A stretch of DNA of 60,133 bases from a virus. Lineage: Duplodnaviria; Caudoviricetes. The notes under the pieces are model-generated. The model did no database searches. It saw nothing but the letters and a program-made list of their open reading frames with translations, and was not told the DNA's origin. Shown here one piece after another: positions 8,324 to 18,514 of this stretch. Positions within the stretch are counted from its first letter, which is position 1. Each line of letters starts with the position of its first letter. Position numbers and translations under genes: made by a program. Where the stretch lies: the IMG/VR virus record IMGVR_UViG_3300013111_000391, positions 1 through 60,133 of that record; one strand, given 5' to 3'.

Positions 8324-8860
8324 ATGGCGTCAAGACTGACATCGACCATACTCAAACAAGCAAATGAAATAGAAGATGTGAATGAACGTGCAAATTGGTT
8401 GCGTGAAAATGCAACTTATGCGGTTCGTGGTCTTCTAAATTTTAATTTTCATCCTGATGTAAAGTTTCTCTTACCAGAAGGTGAGCCTGATCTTGAAGGC
8501 TTGGCTATCAAAAGAGAAGCAGAAGATTATGTTCTAGGAACAGAATTTTCACATCTAAATGCAGAGATGAAAAAAATGTATTTGTTTTATGAGGGTGGTC
8601 ATCCACAGTTACAACAACAAAAAAGAGAATCCTTGTGGGTCAATCTCATTACAGGTCTTCACTCTGAAGAACGAGATGATCTAACAAAAATGAAAGATAA
8701 AAAGTTGCAGGAAAAATATCCAAACATAACTCAAGAAGTTGGACATTTGGCATTTCCTGATTTAGTATTGAAGCCAACCCCTATCAAGGAGTTAGTTAGG
8801 GACAATAAAGGACGATTTGCTAAGAAAACTAAGACTAAAAAGAAAGAAGCCAAAAAATGA
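8324..8860 (+). CDS. Conserved T4-like hypothetical protein (DUF6433-like)
   Basis: F.LPEG.P, KRE.L...L..GLH.EE and KDKKL..KY motifs. Position just after rnh. Confidence 0.65.
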   Translation: MASRLTSTILKQANEIEDVNERANWLRENATYAVRGLLNFNFHPDVKFLLPEGEPDLEGLAIKREAEDYVLGTEFSHLNAEMKKMYLFYEGGHPQLQQQKRESLWVNLITGLHSEERDDLTKMKDKKLQEKYPNITQEVGHLAFPDLVLKPTPIKELVRDNKGRFAKKTKTKKKEAKK

Positions 8861-9579
8861 ACGTGATAATGTTTTGTGCTGGCCTAAATCCGGAACTGCG
8901 ACCTTTTACGGACTACAAACCCAAATGTCTGTTACCTATAAATAACAAATCCATTCTTTTTCATAATTTAGACTGGCTTGAACAACAAAATTTCAAGAAT
9001 GTCACACTAATTCAGAGTTTTTGTGCTCCTCAAATGGATTTTGCACTGAAAAAATACAAAGGAAGTGTAAATGTGAAGCCAGTGACCGAAAAAATACTGC
9101 TTGGAACAGCAAAAGGCATACTTGATTACACTTTAGGAGTTGATGATGATGTAATTATCATGAATGGTGACAATATTTATGATTTTGACTTGCGAAAAAT
9201 GTATGATTTTCATCAAAAAAGTCGAAATTTTTGTACTTTGGGTATTCATGACGTAAAAAAAGGTGAAAAACACAAATCTGTAGTTAAATTAACCGAACAT
9301 GGTATGATTGAGAACTATATTCCTAGACCAACCTTTAAATTTAAGGCACCCACTGCCGTAAACGCTGGAATTTGTGTTTTAAACCCAAAATTTCGGCAAA
9401 AAATCAATTTAAGAAAAGATCATGATTTTTGGATTCATACAATAAAACGAAATTCGGACGAAATTTACCCATTTCGCATTAATAGTGTAACTTGCATCGA
9501 TTCTGCTGATGAATATGCAAGAATTAATAATACTTTTAGTTCAATTGACCATTTTTTTGTTGGTCATGAAAGGTATTGA
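8857..9579 (+). CDS. Sugar-phosphate nucleotidyltransferase-like protein
   Basis: LRPFT...PKCLLPI, LLGTA, MNGD and NAGI motifs. The GxGTR loop is degenerate. Confidence 0.8.
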   Translation: MNVIMFCAGLNPELRPFTDYKPKCLLPINNKSILFHNLDWLEQQNFKNVTLIQSFCAPQMDFALKKYKGSVNVKPVTEKILLGTAKGILDYTLGVDDDVIIMNGDNIYDFDLRKMYDFHQKSRNFCTLGIHDVKKGEKHKSVVKLTEHGMIENYIPRPTFKFKAPTAVNAGICVLNPKFRQKINLRKDHDFWIHTIKRNSDEIYPFRINSVTCIDSADEYARINNTFSSIDHFFVGHERY

Positions 9580-9839
9580 TGCCAACATATGTATTTAAAT
9601 GCGACAAATGCGAAACTGTATGGGAAGAATCTTTAAAATACGAAGATAGAGATGCACCTACAGAATATGGTTGTACGGCAACTTCTCCTTGCGATGGTAA
9701 AATTTCTAGAATTCCAGTAATGCCAGGATTTGCATACGATAATATAAAACCAAATAAAAAACCAGATCAAGGTTTCAATGATCGATTGAAGGATATTAAG
9801 CGTTCTCATCGTGGAAGTGATATAAACATTTATGACTGA
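9579..9839 (+). CDS. FmdB family zinc-ribbon protein
   Basis: MPTY.F.C..C plus a second C..C pair, and a PD.GF...L..IK tail. Confidence 0.8.
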   Translation: MPTYVFKCDKCETVWEESLKYEDRDAPTEYGCTATSPCDGKISRIPVMPGFAYDNIKPNKKPDQGFNDRLKDIKRSHRGSDINIYD

Positions 9840-10488
9840 TTTTATACATGAAAATATTCTTGGTGATATCGAACTCAATACTGTAACGGAGAATGGTAAG
9901 AGGTGTTACGTTACACCTACAGGTGAAAAATATCCATCAGTAACAACTGTTCTCTCTCAATACAAAAAACAAGGTATAATAGAATGGCGTAAACGAGTTG
10001 GTGAACAACAAGCCAATAAAATCTCCACACAAGCCTCAAGAAGAGGAACTAAAGTTCATAAACTTTGCGAGGACTATCTAAATAACGAATCTACATTCAA
10101 AGGATATACACCTGATAATGTAGAGATGTTTAAATCTATACAAACCATTTTAAATGAAATTGAAGTTGTTTATGCACAGGAGAGAACTTTATTTTCCCAC
10201 CATTTAAAAACTGCTGGAAGAGTTGATTGTGTTGGTAAATTTCGTGGAAAACTACATATAATTGATTTTAAGACCTCTAATAAACCAAAGAAAAAGGAAT
10301 GGATCGATAACTACTTTATGCAAGGATCGGCATATTCGGTCATGTGGGAAGAAATGACTGGTATTGCCATTCCATACATGGCAATTATCATAGCGGTTGC
10401 TGATGATGTACCACAAGTGTTTATAGAAAATCGTGATACCTGGATAAACAAATTTATTGAAGAAAGATCGAATTATGAAAACAGTTAA
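9832..10488 (+). CDS. PD-(D/E)xK exonuclease (T4-like marine phage type)
   Basis: YPSVTTVL, RGT.VH..CE.YL, AGRVDC, IIDFKTS and YF.Q..AY motifs. Confidence 0.9.
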   Translation: MTDFIHENILGDIELNTVTENGKRCYVTPTGEKYPSVTTVLSQYKKQGIIEWRKRVGEQQANKISTQASRRGTKVHKLCEDYLNNESTFKGYTPDNVEMFKSIQTILNEIEVVYAQERTLFSHHLKTAGRVDCVGKFRGKLHIIDFKTSNKPKKKEWIDNYFMQGSAYSVMWEEMTGIAIPYMAIIIAVADDVPQVFIENRDTWINKFIEERSNYENS

Positions 10489-11710
10489 TTTAGATTTTCT
10501 AATTACTTTAAAAGAAGAACAAGGTGAAACAAAAGTGAGCGAAAATTTAAATCGATTATTTAAATTCGATGAACCAATATTATTATATGATATGACTGAA
10601 GGTTCTAGAATGTGGCCCGTTGACATAGAGGGAGATGTCCCAAATGATGGCGTGGCATATGTATTTTATAGGGTACATGAAGGTTTAAAAAATCACAAAC
10701 ACGATATTTGGTTTTTATGCTCTGATTTAAATATTAAAGAAAGATATGAAAAATTTTGTTCATTAACTGGCTCTGAAAAAAAATTTAAATTATTATGTTT
10801 TCCATTTTCTATACAAACTGGTTTTCCAAGTTGGACAACAAAAGATATAAGAAAATTAAACAAAATACCAAACAAATGGAATTTTTGTCAATTGACTTCA
10901 AGTCCTCAAACTACGAGGGTGGCCACTATCGATAGATTTTATAAAAATAAAAACTTTCAATATTCATATGTTCCACAATTTCATTTCGAAAAAAATGAAG
11001 ACATTCGTCATAGGATTTACTATGCAGAGGAAAATGAACCAAAGTGGTGGTCCGAAAATTACAAGTTTAAAAATGGGTTTAATATACATTCGTCAAAACT
11101 TTTGACCGAAATAGACTTAAATAATACGGATGTTGATATGGGTCCTGAAAATATTTTGATAAACGGCATTTATTTGAATAAGGGTGTGTTTAATCACATG
11201 CTACCTGTTGAAAATCATGAGTCTTGTTGTGATATTGTCATAGAAACATATTGTAGTGGTCCTACATTTTTTACGGAAAAAACTTGGAAAGAAATATTTT
11301 TTGAGCGTCCGTTTATTCTTATGGGAGGTAAAGGGTATAATAAAGCGTTACAGAATTTGGGTTTTGAAATTTTTGAAGAGATATTTGATTATAGTTTTGA
11401 CGATGAATTACATACTTATACGAGGATGAAGTTATTTTGGGAGCAAATTGAAAAATATATTAATTTAAATGTGAAAGATTTCGCATCCAAAATAAAAATA
11501 TTAGATGAAAAAGTTAAACACAATAGAAAATTATACATTGATTACTTAAATAATTATGATTTAATATATAAAGTTTATGATCAAGAATATTTACACAATG
11601 ATAATAATTATTTGGTGTATTCGAATCGGGATGAAGATCTTTTCAATGACTATTCGGATATTCAGTTTAAAATTTTAAAAAAAACGTGTACAGGGTATTT
11701 CGATGTATAA
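10475..11710 (+). CDS. Putative glycosyltransferase-like protein (paralog of 18492..19346)
   Basis: C-terminal DIVIET...FFTEKTWK.....PFI..G...GFE.F.EIFDYSFD, reminiscent of the GT10-type TEK motif. Confidence 0.5.
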   Translation: MKTVNLDFLITLKEEQGETKVSENLNRLFKFDEPILLYDMTEGSRMWPVDIEGDVPNDGVAYVFYRVHEGLKNHKHDIWFLCSDLNIKERYEKFCSLTGSEKKFKLLCFPFSIQTGFPSWTTKDIRKLNKIPNKWNFCQLTSSPQTTRVATIDRFYKNKNFQYSYVPQFHFEKNEDIRHRIYYAEENEPKWWSENYKFKNGFNIHSSKLLTEIDLNNTDVDMGPENILINGIYLNKGVFNHMLPVENHESCCDIVIETYCSGPTFFTEKTWKEIFFERPFILMGGKGYNKALQNLGFEIFEEIFDYSFDDELHTYTRMKLFWEQIEKYINLNVKDFASKIKILDEKVKHNRKLYIDYLNNYDLIYKVYDQEYLHNDNNYLVYSNRDEDLFNDYSDIQFKILKKTCTGYFDV

Positions 11711-12389
11711 ATTAGATTATGATATTACAATAACAAGTTATTGTAATGCCGCCTGTCCTTCTTGTAAGAGATATAAAGATCATAATGAAAAACATTATAA
11801 TCCTATGGAACCATTACATCCTGGTTTAAATCAAGTACATATGAATTTTTTAGAGTTTAAATCTATCATAACGAGAGATATTGATTCTTTTAAATTATCT
11901 TTTGTTACCTATGAAGGAGAACTTGGAGATGCAATGGTCCATCCAGAAATAAAAAAATTTATAGATTTTGGTGTATCTGTATTCAAAACATTAAAAATAG
12001 TTACGAATGGTGGTGTAAGAAACCCTAATTTTTATAAGTCTTTAGGGGATATCTATCAAAATTTAGAAATAATGTTCTCAATTGATGGATTAGATGACAT
12101 AACAAATCAAAAATATAGAAGAAATGTTGTTACAAAAAAGGCATATGACAATATGATTGCATATAAAAATTCAAAATATAAAAATGTGAGTTGGCAATAT
12201 GTTATATTTGAACATAATTGGTTTGAAATACCAGAAATTTTAGATATTGCGAAAACAAATCAAATAGACATAGTGCTTAAAATAAATTCAAGACCAAAAT
12301 TTAGAGTAAAAAACAATATAATTCCATACATTGTAGACTTGTATGAAAAAAATAAATTTTCCGATAGTGAATTAGTTTTGGCGAATTGA
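11703..12389 (+). CDS. Radical SAM protein, class B core without SPASM
   Basis: CNAACPSC, G.LGD, TNGG, FSIDGL...N..YR and WQYVIFEHN motifs. Confidence 0.88.
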   Translation: MYKLDYDITITSYCNAACPSCKRYKDHNEKHYNPMEPLHPGLNQVHMNFLEFKSIITRDIDSFKLSFVTYEGELGDAMVHPEIKKFIDFGVSVFKTLKIVTNGGVRNPNFYKSLGDIYQNLEIMFSIDGLDDITNQKYRRNVVTKKAYDNMIAYKNSKYKNVSWQYVIFEHNWFEIPEILDIAKTNQIDIVLKINSRPKFRVKNNIIPYIVDLYEKNKFSDSELVLAN

Positions 12390-13057
12390 TGTTAACAAAT
12401 GAAAAAACTTGTGTTTTTAATTTTGAGTTGACCTCTTATTGTAATGCAGGTTGTCCTACATGTTTTAGAACAAGATTTTTAGATTTAATACCAAAACCGT
12501 TTAAACATTTAACAACAGAAACTTTTAGCACATTTATATTAAATAATATAGAGTTTTTAAAACGAAATAATTATGAACGATTGATTGCCAAATTTTGTGG
12601 TGAAATAGGTGACCCATTAATGAATCCTTATCTCAATGAATTAACTTCAATCGCAGAAAATGTATTTGATAGAGTTGATATCTATACGAATGGTGGATTA
12701 AAATCATCAAAATGGATAAGTAATTTTTTAGTATCTTACAAGAAGGCAAGATTTGTGTTTGGTATTGATGGATTATCCGATGAAACAAATCAAATATATC
12801 GAATAAGTGTAAATACGAATAAAGCATTAGAAAATATGTTTATGGCATCTAAATACAGGGAAACACGTTGGGATCATACAATATTTGAACACAATCATCA
12901 TGAGTTACTTGATGTAATACGATTGGCCAAAAAACATCACTTAGATTTATTGTGTAGATTTAATGGTAGAGAATTTAAAAAAATAAAAAATGAAGATCTT
13001 TTAAGGTGTGAAGCAATATTAAAATCATCAGGGATAAAATATTCCATATGCAGATAG
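12389..13057 (+). CDS. Radical SAM protein, class B core without SPASM
   Basis: ELTSYCNAGCPTC, FCGEIGDP, TNGG, FGIDGL and IFEHN motifs. Confidence 0.88.
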   Translation: MLTNEKTCVFNFELTSYCNAGCPTCFRTRFLDLIPKPFKHLTTETFSTFILNNIEFLKRNNYERLIAKFCGEIGDPLMNPYLNELTSIAENVFDRVDIYTNGGLKSSKWISNFLVSYKKARFVFGIDGLSDETNQIYRISVNTNKALENMFMASKYRETRWDHTIFEHNHHELLDVIRLAKKHHLDLLCRFNGREFKKIKNEDLLRCEAILKSSGIKYSICR

Positions 13058-13323
13058 AATGTGATTTTTACAATTATAGATTTAAAACTTGGGAACAATA
13101 TGAAATAGATGTTGATATGAATTTGTATCCATGTTGTCACATATATACTCAAAAATTAGAATTTGGGGAAATTGATGATGTCTTTAAACATATTGATATT
13201 AGTTTAAAGACGAATACATTTGAAAATATAGCCAATGAATATAATAAAATTTTAACGGAAGAAAATTGGAAAGATGAAAAAACATGCCCTCCCCGTTGTA
13301 TGAAAATCTGCCAGAAAACATAA
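13048..13323 (+). CDS. Stand-alone SPASM/Twitch-like Fe-S domain protein
   Basis: C....YPCC......CPPRCMKIC, matching the C-termini of the class B radical SAM proteins in this window. Confidence 0.7.
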   Translation: MQIECDFYNYRFKTWEQYEIDVDMNLYPCCHIYTQKLEFGEIDDVFKHIDISLKTNTFENIANEYNKILTEENWKDEKTCPPRCMKICQKT

Positions 13324-13643
13324 ACAAAAATTTAAGAAATCTTGCGAAGGATCATGAAGATCTAGTCTATTGTGTTGGTTGGCACGAGCATCAAGATTGG
13401 GCTGAGGTCGAGATATCATCTGATTTTAGGGTTTATCCTTGTTGTACTTTACATGCTGTACATCAACTTGAAAAAACATTTTTTGACGATAAATTAGATT
13501 CTATGGACAAAGATTGGAATAATTTAAAAAAACATCGATTAAAAGACATAATGAAAATTTGGAGAGAATATATTTCACCTGATAAATGGAAAAGAGAAGA
13601 AACTCTTCCACAATGTTGTGATAAGTTATGTCGAGCAAAATAA
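13284..13643 (+). CDS. Stand-alone SPASM/Twitch-like Fe-S domain protein
   Basis: YC....VYPCC....NNLK......CCDKLC. Confidence 0.7.
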   Translation: MPSPLYENLPENINKNLRNLAKDHEDLVYCVGWHEHQDWAEVEISSDFRVYPCCTLHAVHQLEKTFFDDKLDSMDKDWNNLKKHRLKDIMKIWREYISPDKWKREETLPQCCDKLCRAK

Positions 13644-14434
13644 TAATTTTTGGTGATAGTTTTGCAGATCCTGAAGATAGACGAGTTGAAAACAAAGAAG
13701 TTACTGCTTGGTATGAATTTTTAGGTCAAGAATATAAAATAAAAAATTATGCATTAGCAGGGACAGGTCCCCACTACTCATTTAAAAACTATTATAATTT
13801 TATTTCTAATGGTGAGAATAAAGAAGAGTATATTTGTATTTTTTTATTAAGCGGAGAAGACAGGATTCATTATCCTGGTACAAATCCACAAACTTTAAAT
13901 AATATACATTGGGATTTTGATGAAAAAAAAAGTTGGTGGGTAGAAGATAACAAGAAACTGAAACAAAAAGAATATTATGAAAATTTTAAATCTGAAATTG
14001 ATTTTTTATTTTTGACGATGCATGATGATTTAGTATGGTCAAATTTTAAAAATCTAGGTTTTTTGCATATGAATTCTCTTTTATTGGGAATGAAAACGAT
14101 AGTTTTTTACACTTGTGGTTTAAAAATATTAAACAATATGATTTATAAGAATTTTTTTAAATTGAACACCTCTTATTTTTATTTAAGCACAAAAATATTA
14201 GGCACTGTTGCTCAAGAAGAAGTTGTCGATAAAAAAGAACTTGATAGATATAATTATCATGATTATAGAAGAAATCATTTATCACAAGAAAATCATATCA
14301 TATTATATGAAAATATAAAAAACATAATCAAAAATAAAAAAGAATTAAAACCATATGTCAAAAATTTGAATTATGCGAGTAATTTTGGGAAAATGTTTTA
14401 TACAGGTAAAATAGGAGAATTTATCTATGATTAA
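13628..14434 (+). CDS. SGNH/GDSL-like protein
   Basis: IFGDSF, N.A..GTG and RRNHLS..NH motifs. Confidence 0.6.
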   Translation: MSSKIIIFGDSFADPEDRRVENKEVTAWYEFLGQEYKIKNYALAGTGPHYSFKNYYNFISNGENKEEYICIFLLSGEDRIHYPGTNPQTLNNIHWDFDEKKSWWVEDNKKLKQKEYYENFKSEIDFLFLTMHDDLVWSNFKNLGFLHMNSLLLGMKTIVFYTCGLKILNNMIYKNFFKLNTSYFYLSTKILGTVAQEEVVDKKELDRYNYHDYRRNHLSQENHIILYENIKNIIKNKKELKPYVKNLNYASNFGKMFYTGKIGEFIYD

Positions 14435-15122
14435 AAAAATTAAATACGATCAAACAAAATATAACTTCAAAAACGTTTTTGAAAAACATTTCGAAGAAGA
14501 TTTAGATAAATTACATAAGAAATTTGAATTTGAACGCAAATTTTCAAACATGGCAGGAGGCACAGAAGAATTTTCTCTTGTTGCTGAAACATATACAAAG
14601 GTTATTCGAACTTCTGTTTTTAATGAATTATGGGTTTCTTTTATTCAAGAGGTCCTTAAACCATATTTTGATGATAGGAAAATTTATGTGCAAAAATTAC
14701 CTTCATTTAGGATATTCCCATCTCTTCATTCTATTCAATATGTGCAAAAAATTACTGATGGTTTTAATAAACATTTAGATAGTGAACCACCGTTTTATCA
14801 TCCTACTTTTGAAACGAATTTTTGGATTCCATTAATTGAATGTGATTTTCTTAATGATTTTTACTATCTTGATAAAGAAAAAGATTGGTATAGAAGAATA
14901 GATGCACGGATGAATGAATTAGTTGTTTTTGGTAATGATGTTGTTCACGGTAATCGTGTACATAATGAATCGCCTAATACAAGATGTTCACTGGATTTCA
15001 AAGCACTAGCAGTTGACGATTATGATGAAAGTGTTTTGACAGATCGTATTATTTTAAAACGAGGACAAAAGTTTAAACAAAAGGATTGGTATAGCACAAA
15101 ACATTATTATATGGAAATGTAA
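14427..15122 (+). CDS. StrG-like / 2OG-Fe(II) dioxygenase-fold protein
   Basis: Q..PSFR, HLD....HP..E.NFWIPL and HGN...N.S..TR.SLDF motifs. Confidence 0.7.
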   Translation: MIKKIKYDQTKYNFKNVFEKHFEEDLDKLHKKFEFERKFSNMAGGTEEFSLVAETYTKVIRTSVFNELWVSFIQEVLKPYFDDRKIYVQKLPSFRIFPSLHSIQYVQKITDGFNKHLDSEPPFYHPTFETNFWIPLIECDFLNDFYYLDKEKDWYRRIDARMNELVVFGNDVVHGNRVHNESPNTRCSLDFKALAVDDYDESVLTDRIILKRGQKFKQKDWYSTKHYYMEM

Positions 15123-16135
15123 TGGAAATATTTTCTGTTAATGATTGGGATCCACTCAAAGAAATAATAGTTGGTCGTGCCGATTTTGCTTATATACCAC
15201 CTCCTGACCCATCAATGAAAAATTTCATGTATGCTAATTTGTCATATCATGAAATTTCAAAATTCGTTGGTTCATACAGTGATAAAGTCATTGATGAGGC
15301 CAATCAAGATTTAGAGGAGTTAAGCGATAAATTAAAAGAACTTGGTGTCAAAGTTTATAGACCAAAACAAGTTAGACATGATGCATCAATAGTCACTCCA
15401 TATTGGAAAACAACTGGTTGGCATAATTATTGTCCTCGTGACATTTTTTTAGTGCTTGGAACGAGCATTGTTGAAGTACCGAGTGTGATGAGATGTCGAA
15501 TTTTTGAAACTTGGTCATATGATGATATTTTACATGAAGCATTTGATGATGGAGCTAAATGGTTTTCGGCCCCAAAACAAAGATATAAAGAAGAAAGTTT
15601 TAACTTTGATGATCTAAGCAAACCTACTCTAATGAATAAAGAGATACTATTTGATGCACCAAATGTTGTTCGTCTTGGAATGGATCTTCTATATCAAGAG
15701 AGTAATAGTGGTAATGAGAAGGGTGCTAAATGGTTACAGAGCATGTTTCCTGAATATAAAATACATATTGAACGAAATGCTTATTCTGGAGCACATATGG
15801 ATAGCACAATAATTCCATTGCGTGAAGGTCTTGTGCTTTTTAATGGTTTCAGGGTAACACCTGATAAATATCCAAAAATTTTTGAAAAATGGGATAAAAT
15901 ATTTTTTCATAATTTTCCTATGATAAAAACAGAAGCCTCTGGAATTTCATCTGATGCGATTGGTGTGAATTTATTAAGTGTTAATGAAAAACTTGTTATT
16001 GTAGACGAGAATCAAACTGAATTGATAAAAACATTGTTAAGATATGGTATTGAAAGCATACCGATGCCAATGAGACATCAAAGAACATTAGGAGGAGGGT
16101 TTCATTGCGTGACATTGGATCTAAAAAGAGGATAG
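15122..16135 (+). CDS. Amidinotransferase (glycine / inosamine-phosphate amidinotransferase family)
   Basis: NDWDPLKEIIVG, CPRD, FDA.N, H.DST and GGGFHCVTLD (catalytic Cys) motifs. Confidence 0.92.
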   Translation: MEIFSVNDWDPLKEIIVGRADFAYIPPPDPSMKNFMYANLSYHEISKFVGSYSDKVIDEANQDLEELSDKLKELGVKVYRPKQVRHDASIVTPYWKTTGWHNYCPRDIFLVLGTSIVEVPSVMRCRIFETWSYDDILHEAFDDGAKWFSAPKQRYKEESFNFDDLSKPTLMNKEILFDAPNVVRLGMDLLYQESNSGNEKGAKWLQSMFPEYKIHIERNAYSGAHMDSTIIPLREGLVLFNGFRVTPDKYPKIFEKWDKIFFHNFPMIKTEASGISSDAIGVNLLSVNEKLVIVDENQTELIKTLLRYGIESIPMPMRHQRTLGGGFHCVTLDLKRG

Positions 16136-17934
16136 CATTCCTTGAGTTGTCTCATATTTTTGCAAATCAAGTTAAATTACCGTATTCAACAGGATGTATT
16201 TGGAGTTATTGTAGGAAGATAGATGAAATATCGAATAATTTTTCTTTTGATCTTCATGATTGGTTCTATGTACTTGATGGTGAATTTGATGTAAATGATG
16301 CCGCCAAAAAGTTGTCTGAATGTGATGTTGTAGGTGTTTCATATTTTGTATGGAATACATTCAAATCAGATAAAGTTTGTGCAGAGATTAAAAAAATAAA
16401 TCCAGATTGTCTGATTGTTTATGGCGGTTTAGGCACACCAAAATATGGCAGATGTTCTGATTTTTTAAAGGAACGTCCATATGTTGATATAATCGTGCAT
16501 AATGAAGGAGAAATAGTTTTTTCTAATTTGTTAAAGGCAATTATTCACGATAAAGATTTTTTAACAGTCAATGGTATTACGACACAAACTTTTAGCACAC
16601 CATTAGAAAGTCGAATTAAAGACTTTCCATCAATGCCTAGTCCATATCTTGATGGTTTATTTGATGAACTAAATTCTATAAAAACAAATACTTATAATTG
16701 GGAAAGTCTAATAGAATTAGAGAGAGGTTGTCCATATACTTGTACATTTTGTGAGGTTGGTGATAGACATTGGACAAAAGTTATAAAGCAAGATTATGAG
16801 AAAATGGTTGCTGAAATTAATTGGGTTTCGAAAAGAAAAATTGAATATTTGCATTTAATTGATAATAATTTTGGTATGTTTAAAGAGCATAAAATTATAT
16901 CAGATTTGTTAATAAAAAATTATCAAGAATATGGTTATCCTAATGCTTTAAACATCACATGGGCTAAACATAAAAAACCATATTTGTTTGATATAGCAGA
17001 AGAATTGTGGAAAGCAGGTCTGAATAAAAGTGTGACCATAGCATTACAATCGATGAATTCACCCACATTGAAAGCAGTAGAACGAGCAAACGAAAACACA
17101 AATTTAAAACAAGTTATAGAGTATTTGAAAAAAAGAGGTATGCCTGCCTATATAGAAACTATACTTGGTTTACCTGAAGAGACATTTGACACTTTCAAGC
17201 AGGGATTGTATACTTTAATGGATGACATTGATTATCATAACTATGTAGGAATTTATGTAATGGTTGCTCTTCCAAATACACCATTTGGAGATGATGCATA
17301 TCTCAAAAAATATGGAGTTCAGATAAGACAAACGCCACCTGCTTTTTATCATCATGAACATCCACCAGATCAACTTCTAGAAGATTTGAATAATGTCGTA
17401 GTTGGTTCTAACGTCATGACTTTCGATGATTACATAAAAGCATCAGGATGGAAATGGTATATAACTACATTTCATTTTCTAGGGTGGCTTAGAATTTTGG
17501 CATTAGATTTGAAGAAAAAATATAATCTTACAATGAAAAATTTTTATGATGATTTATTTGATTGGGCGATGAATGATAGTGGAACAATGTTAAATGAAGA
17601 ATATTATGAAACCATTAATTCAACAAATAGGGTTTTTGAAAGAGAAATACCATGGGGTAGAAAAATATCAGATGTATCTGACACTTATTGGGAATATGAA
17701 GAAGCAACTTCAATCAATATTGCAAAAAATAAAGATAGATTCTATAATGAAATCAAAAGTTTTTTAGATATGAAATACAATATAAAAGAAGATATCATTA
17801 AAAAACAATATGACAAAATGATAGATCCATATGTGGATTATGATGGTGATTTAGAAAAATGGGCTAGAGAATGTATGTGGTGGGGTAGAAGAGCCGAATC
17901 GTTTTTTCACGGAGGACAACATGGAGTATCATAG
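16105..17934 (+). CDS. Cobalamin-binding radical SAM protein
   Basis: N-terminal B12-type domain (S.FVWN, YGG, EGE), SPYL.G, ERGCPYTCTFC, D.NFG, LQS and ILGLP.ET motifs. Confidence 0.9.
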   Translation: MRDIGSKKRIAFLELSHIFANQVKLPYSTGCIWSYCRKIDEISNNFSFDLHDWFYVLDGEFDVNDAAKKLSECDVVGVSYFVWNTFKSDKVCAEIKKINPDCLIVYGGLGTPKYGRCSDFLKERPYVDIIVHNEGEIVFSNLLKAIIHDKDFLTVNGITTQTFSTPLESRIKDFPSMPSPYLDGLFDELNSIKTNTYNWESLIELERGCPYTCTFCEVGDRHWTKVIKQDYEKMVAEINWVSKRKIEYLHLIDNNFGMFKEHKIISDLLIKNYQEYGYPNALNITWAKHKKPYLFDIAEELWKAGLNKSVTIALQSMNSPTLKAVERANENTNLKQVIEYLKKRGMPAYIETILGLPEETFDTFKQGLYTLMDDIDYHNYVGIYVMVALPNTPFGDDAYLKKYGVQIRQTPPAFYHHEHPPDQLLEDLNNVVVGSNVMTFDDYIKASGWKWYITTFHFLGWLRILALDLKKKYNLTMKNFYDDLFDWAMNDSGTMLNEEYYETINSTNRVFEREIPWGRKISDVSDTYWEYEEATSINIAKNKDRFYNEIKSFLDMKYNIKEDIIKKQYDKMIDPYVDYDGDLEKWARECMWWGRRAESFFHGGQHGVS

Positions 17935-18514
17935 AATATTTGCTTTTGGCGATTCTTATATTGACAATATGAGGAGCAATAAAAAATCAGGTCTTGTAAA
18001 TGACGATGACAGACCAAAAATGTGGATAGAAAAAATAGTCGAGTTCTATAAACCCAGACATTATTTTAATTATGGTAAGTCCGGTTCAGATTCAAACTTT
18101 TCAATTGACAAGATAAAAAACTTTCAAATTTGTAATCCATATGGTTTTGCACATGATGATTTATTGATTGTGGTTTTATCAAATAATCCAAATAGTGGGG
18201 TTAGAAATAATTTAGAATATCAAAAATATATTATTGATTTACCATGCTCAAAAATTATTTTTCATAATGAATATAATGATGAATATAAATCTAAGCACAC
18301 ATTTCCTTTGTCGCTTGAAGATATTTCTTGTCATGAAATATACGAAAAAAATATAAATCGTAGATATGATAAGAGAGTGAATCATTTATCATGGATTAAT
18401 CATCAAATTTTATTTGATTGCAGTATTAAATTTATCAATGGCAATAAATTTTTTTCATATGATGATTTTGAATATAAATTTTTAAACATAAATGAGGCAT
18501 TTCATTGTGACTGA
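17921..18514 (+). CDS. SGNH/GDSL-like protein
   Basis: AFGDSY, NYGKSGS and RVNHLS..NH motifs. Confidence 0.55.
   Translation: MEYHRIFAFGDSYIDNMRSNKKSGLVNDDDRPKMWIEKIVEFYKPRHYFNYGKSGSDSNFSIDKIKNFQICNPYGFAHDDLLIVVLSNNPNSGVRNNLEYQKYIIDLPCSKIIFHNEYNDEYKSKHTFPLSLEDISCHEIYEKNINRRYDKRVNHLSWINHQILFDCSIKFINGNKFFSYDDFEYKFLNINEAFHCD

Noticed and set aside
9832-10488. Cas4 / CRISPR adaptation gene
   Set aside because: No cas1, cas2 or array nearby and no four-Cys cluster motif. It fits the usual T4-like exonuclease.
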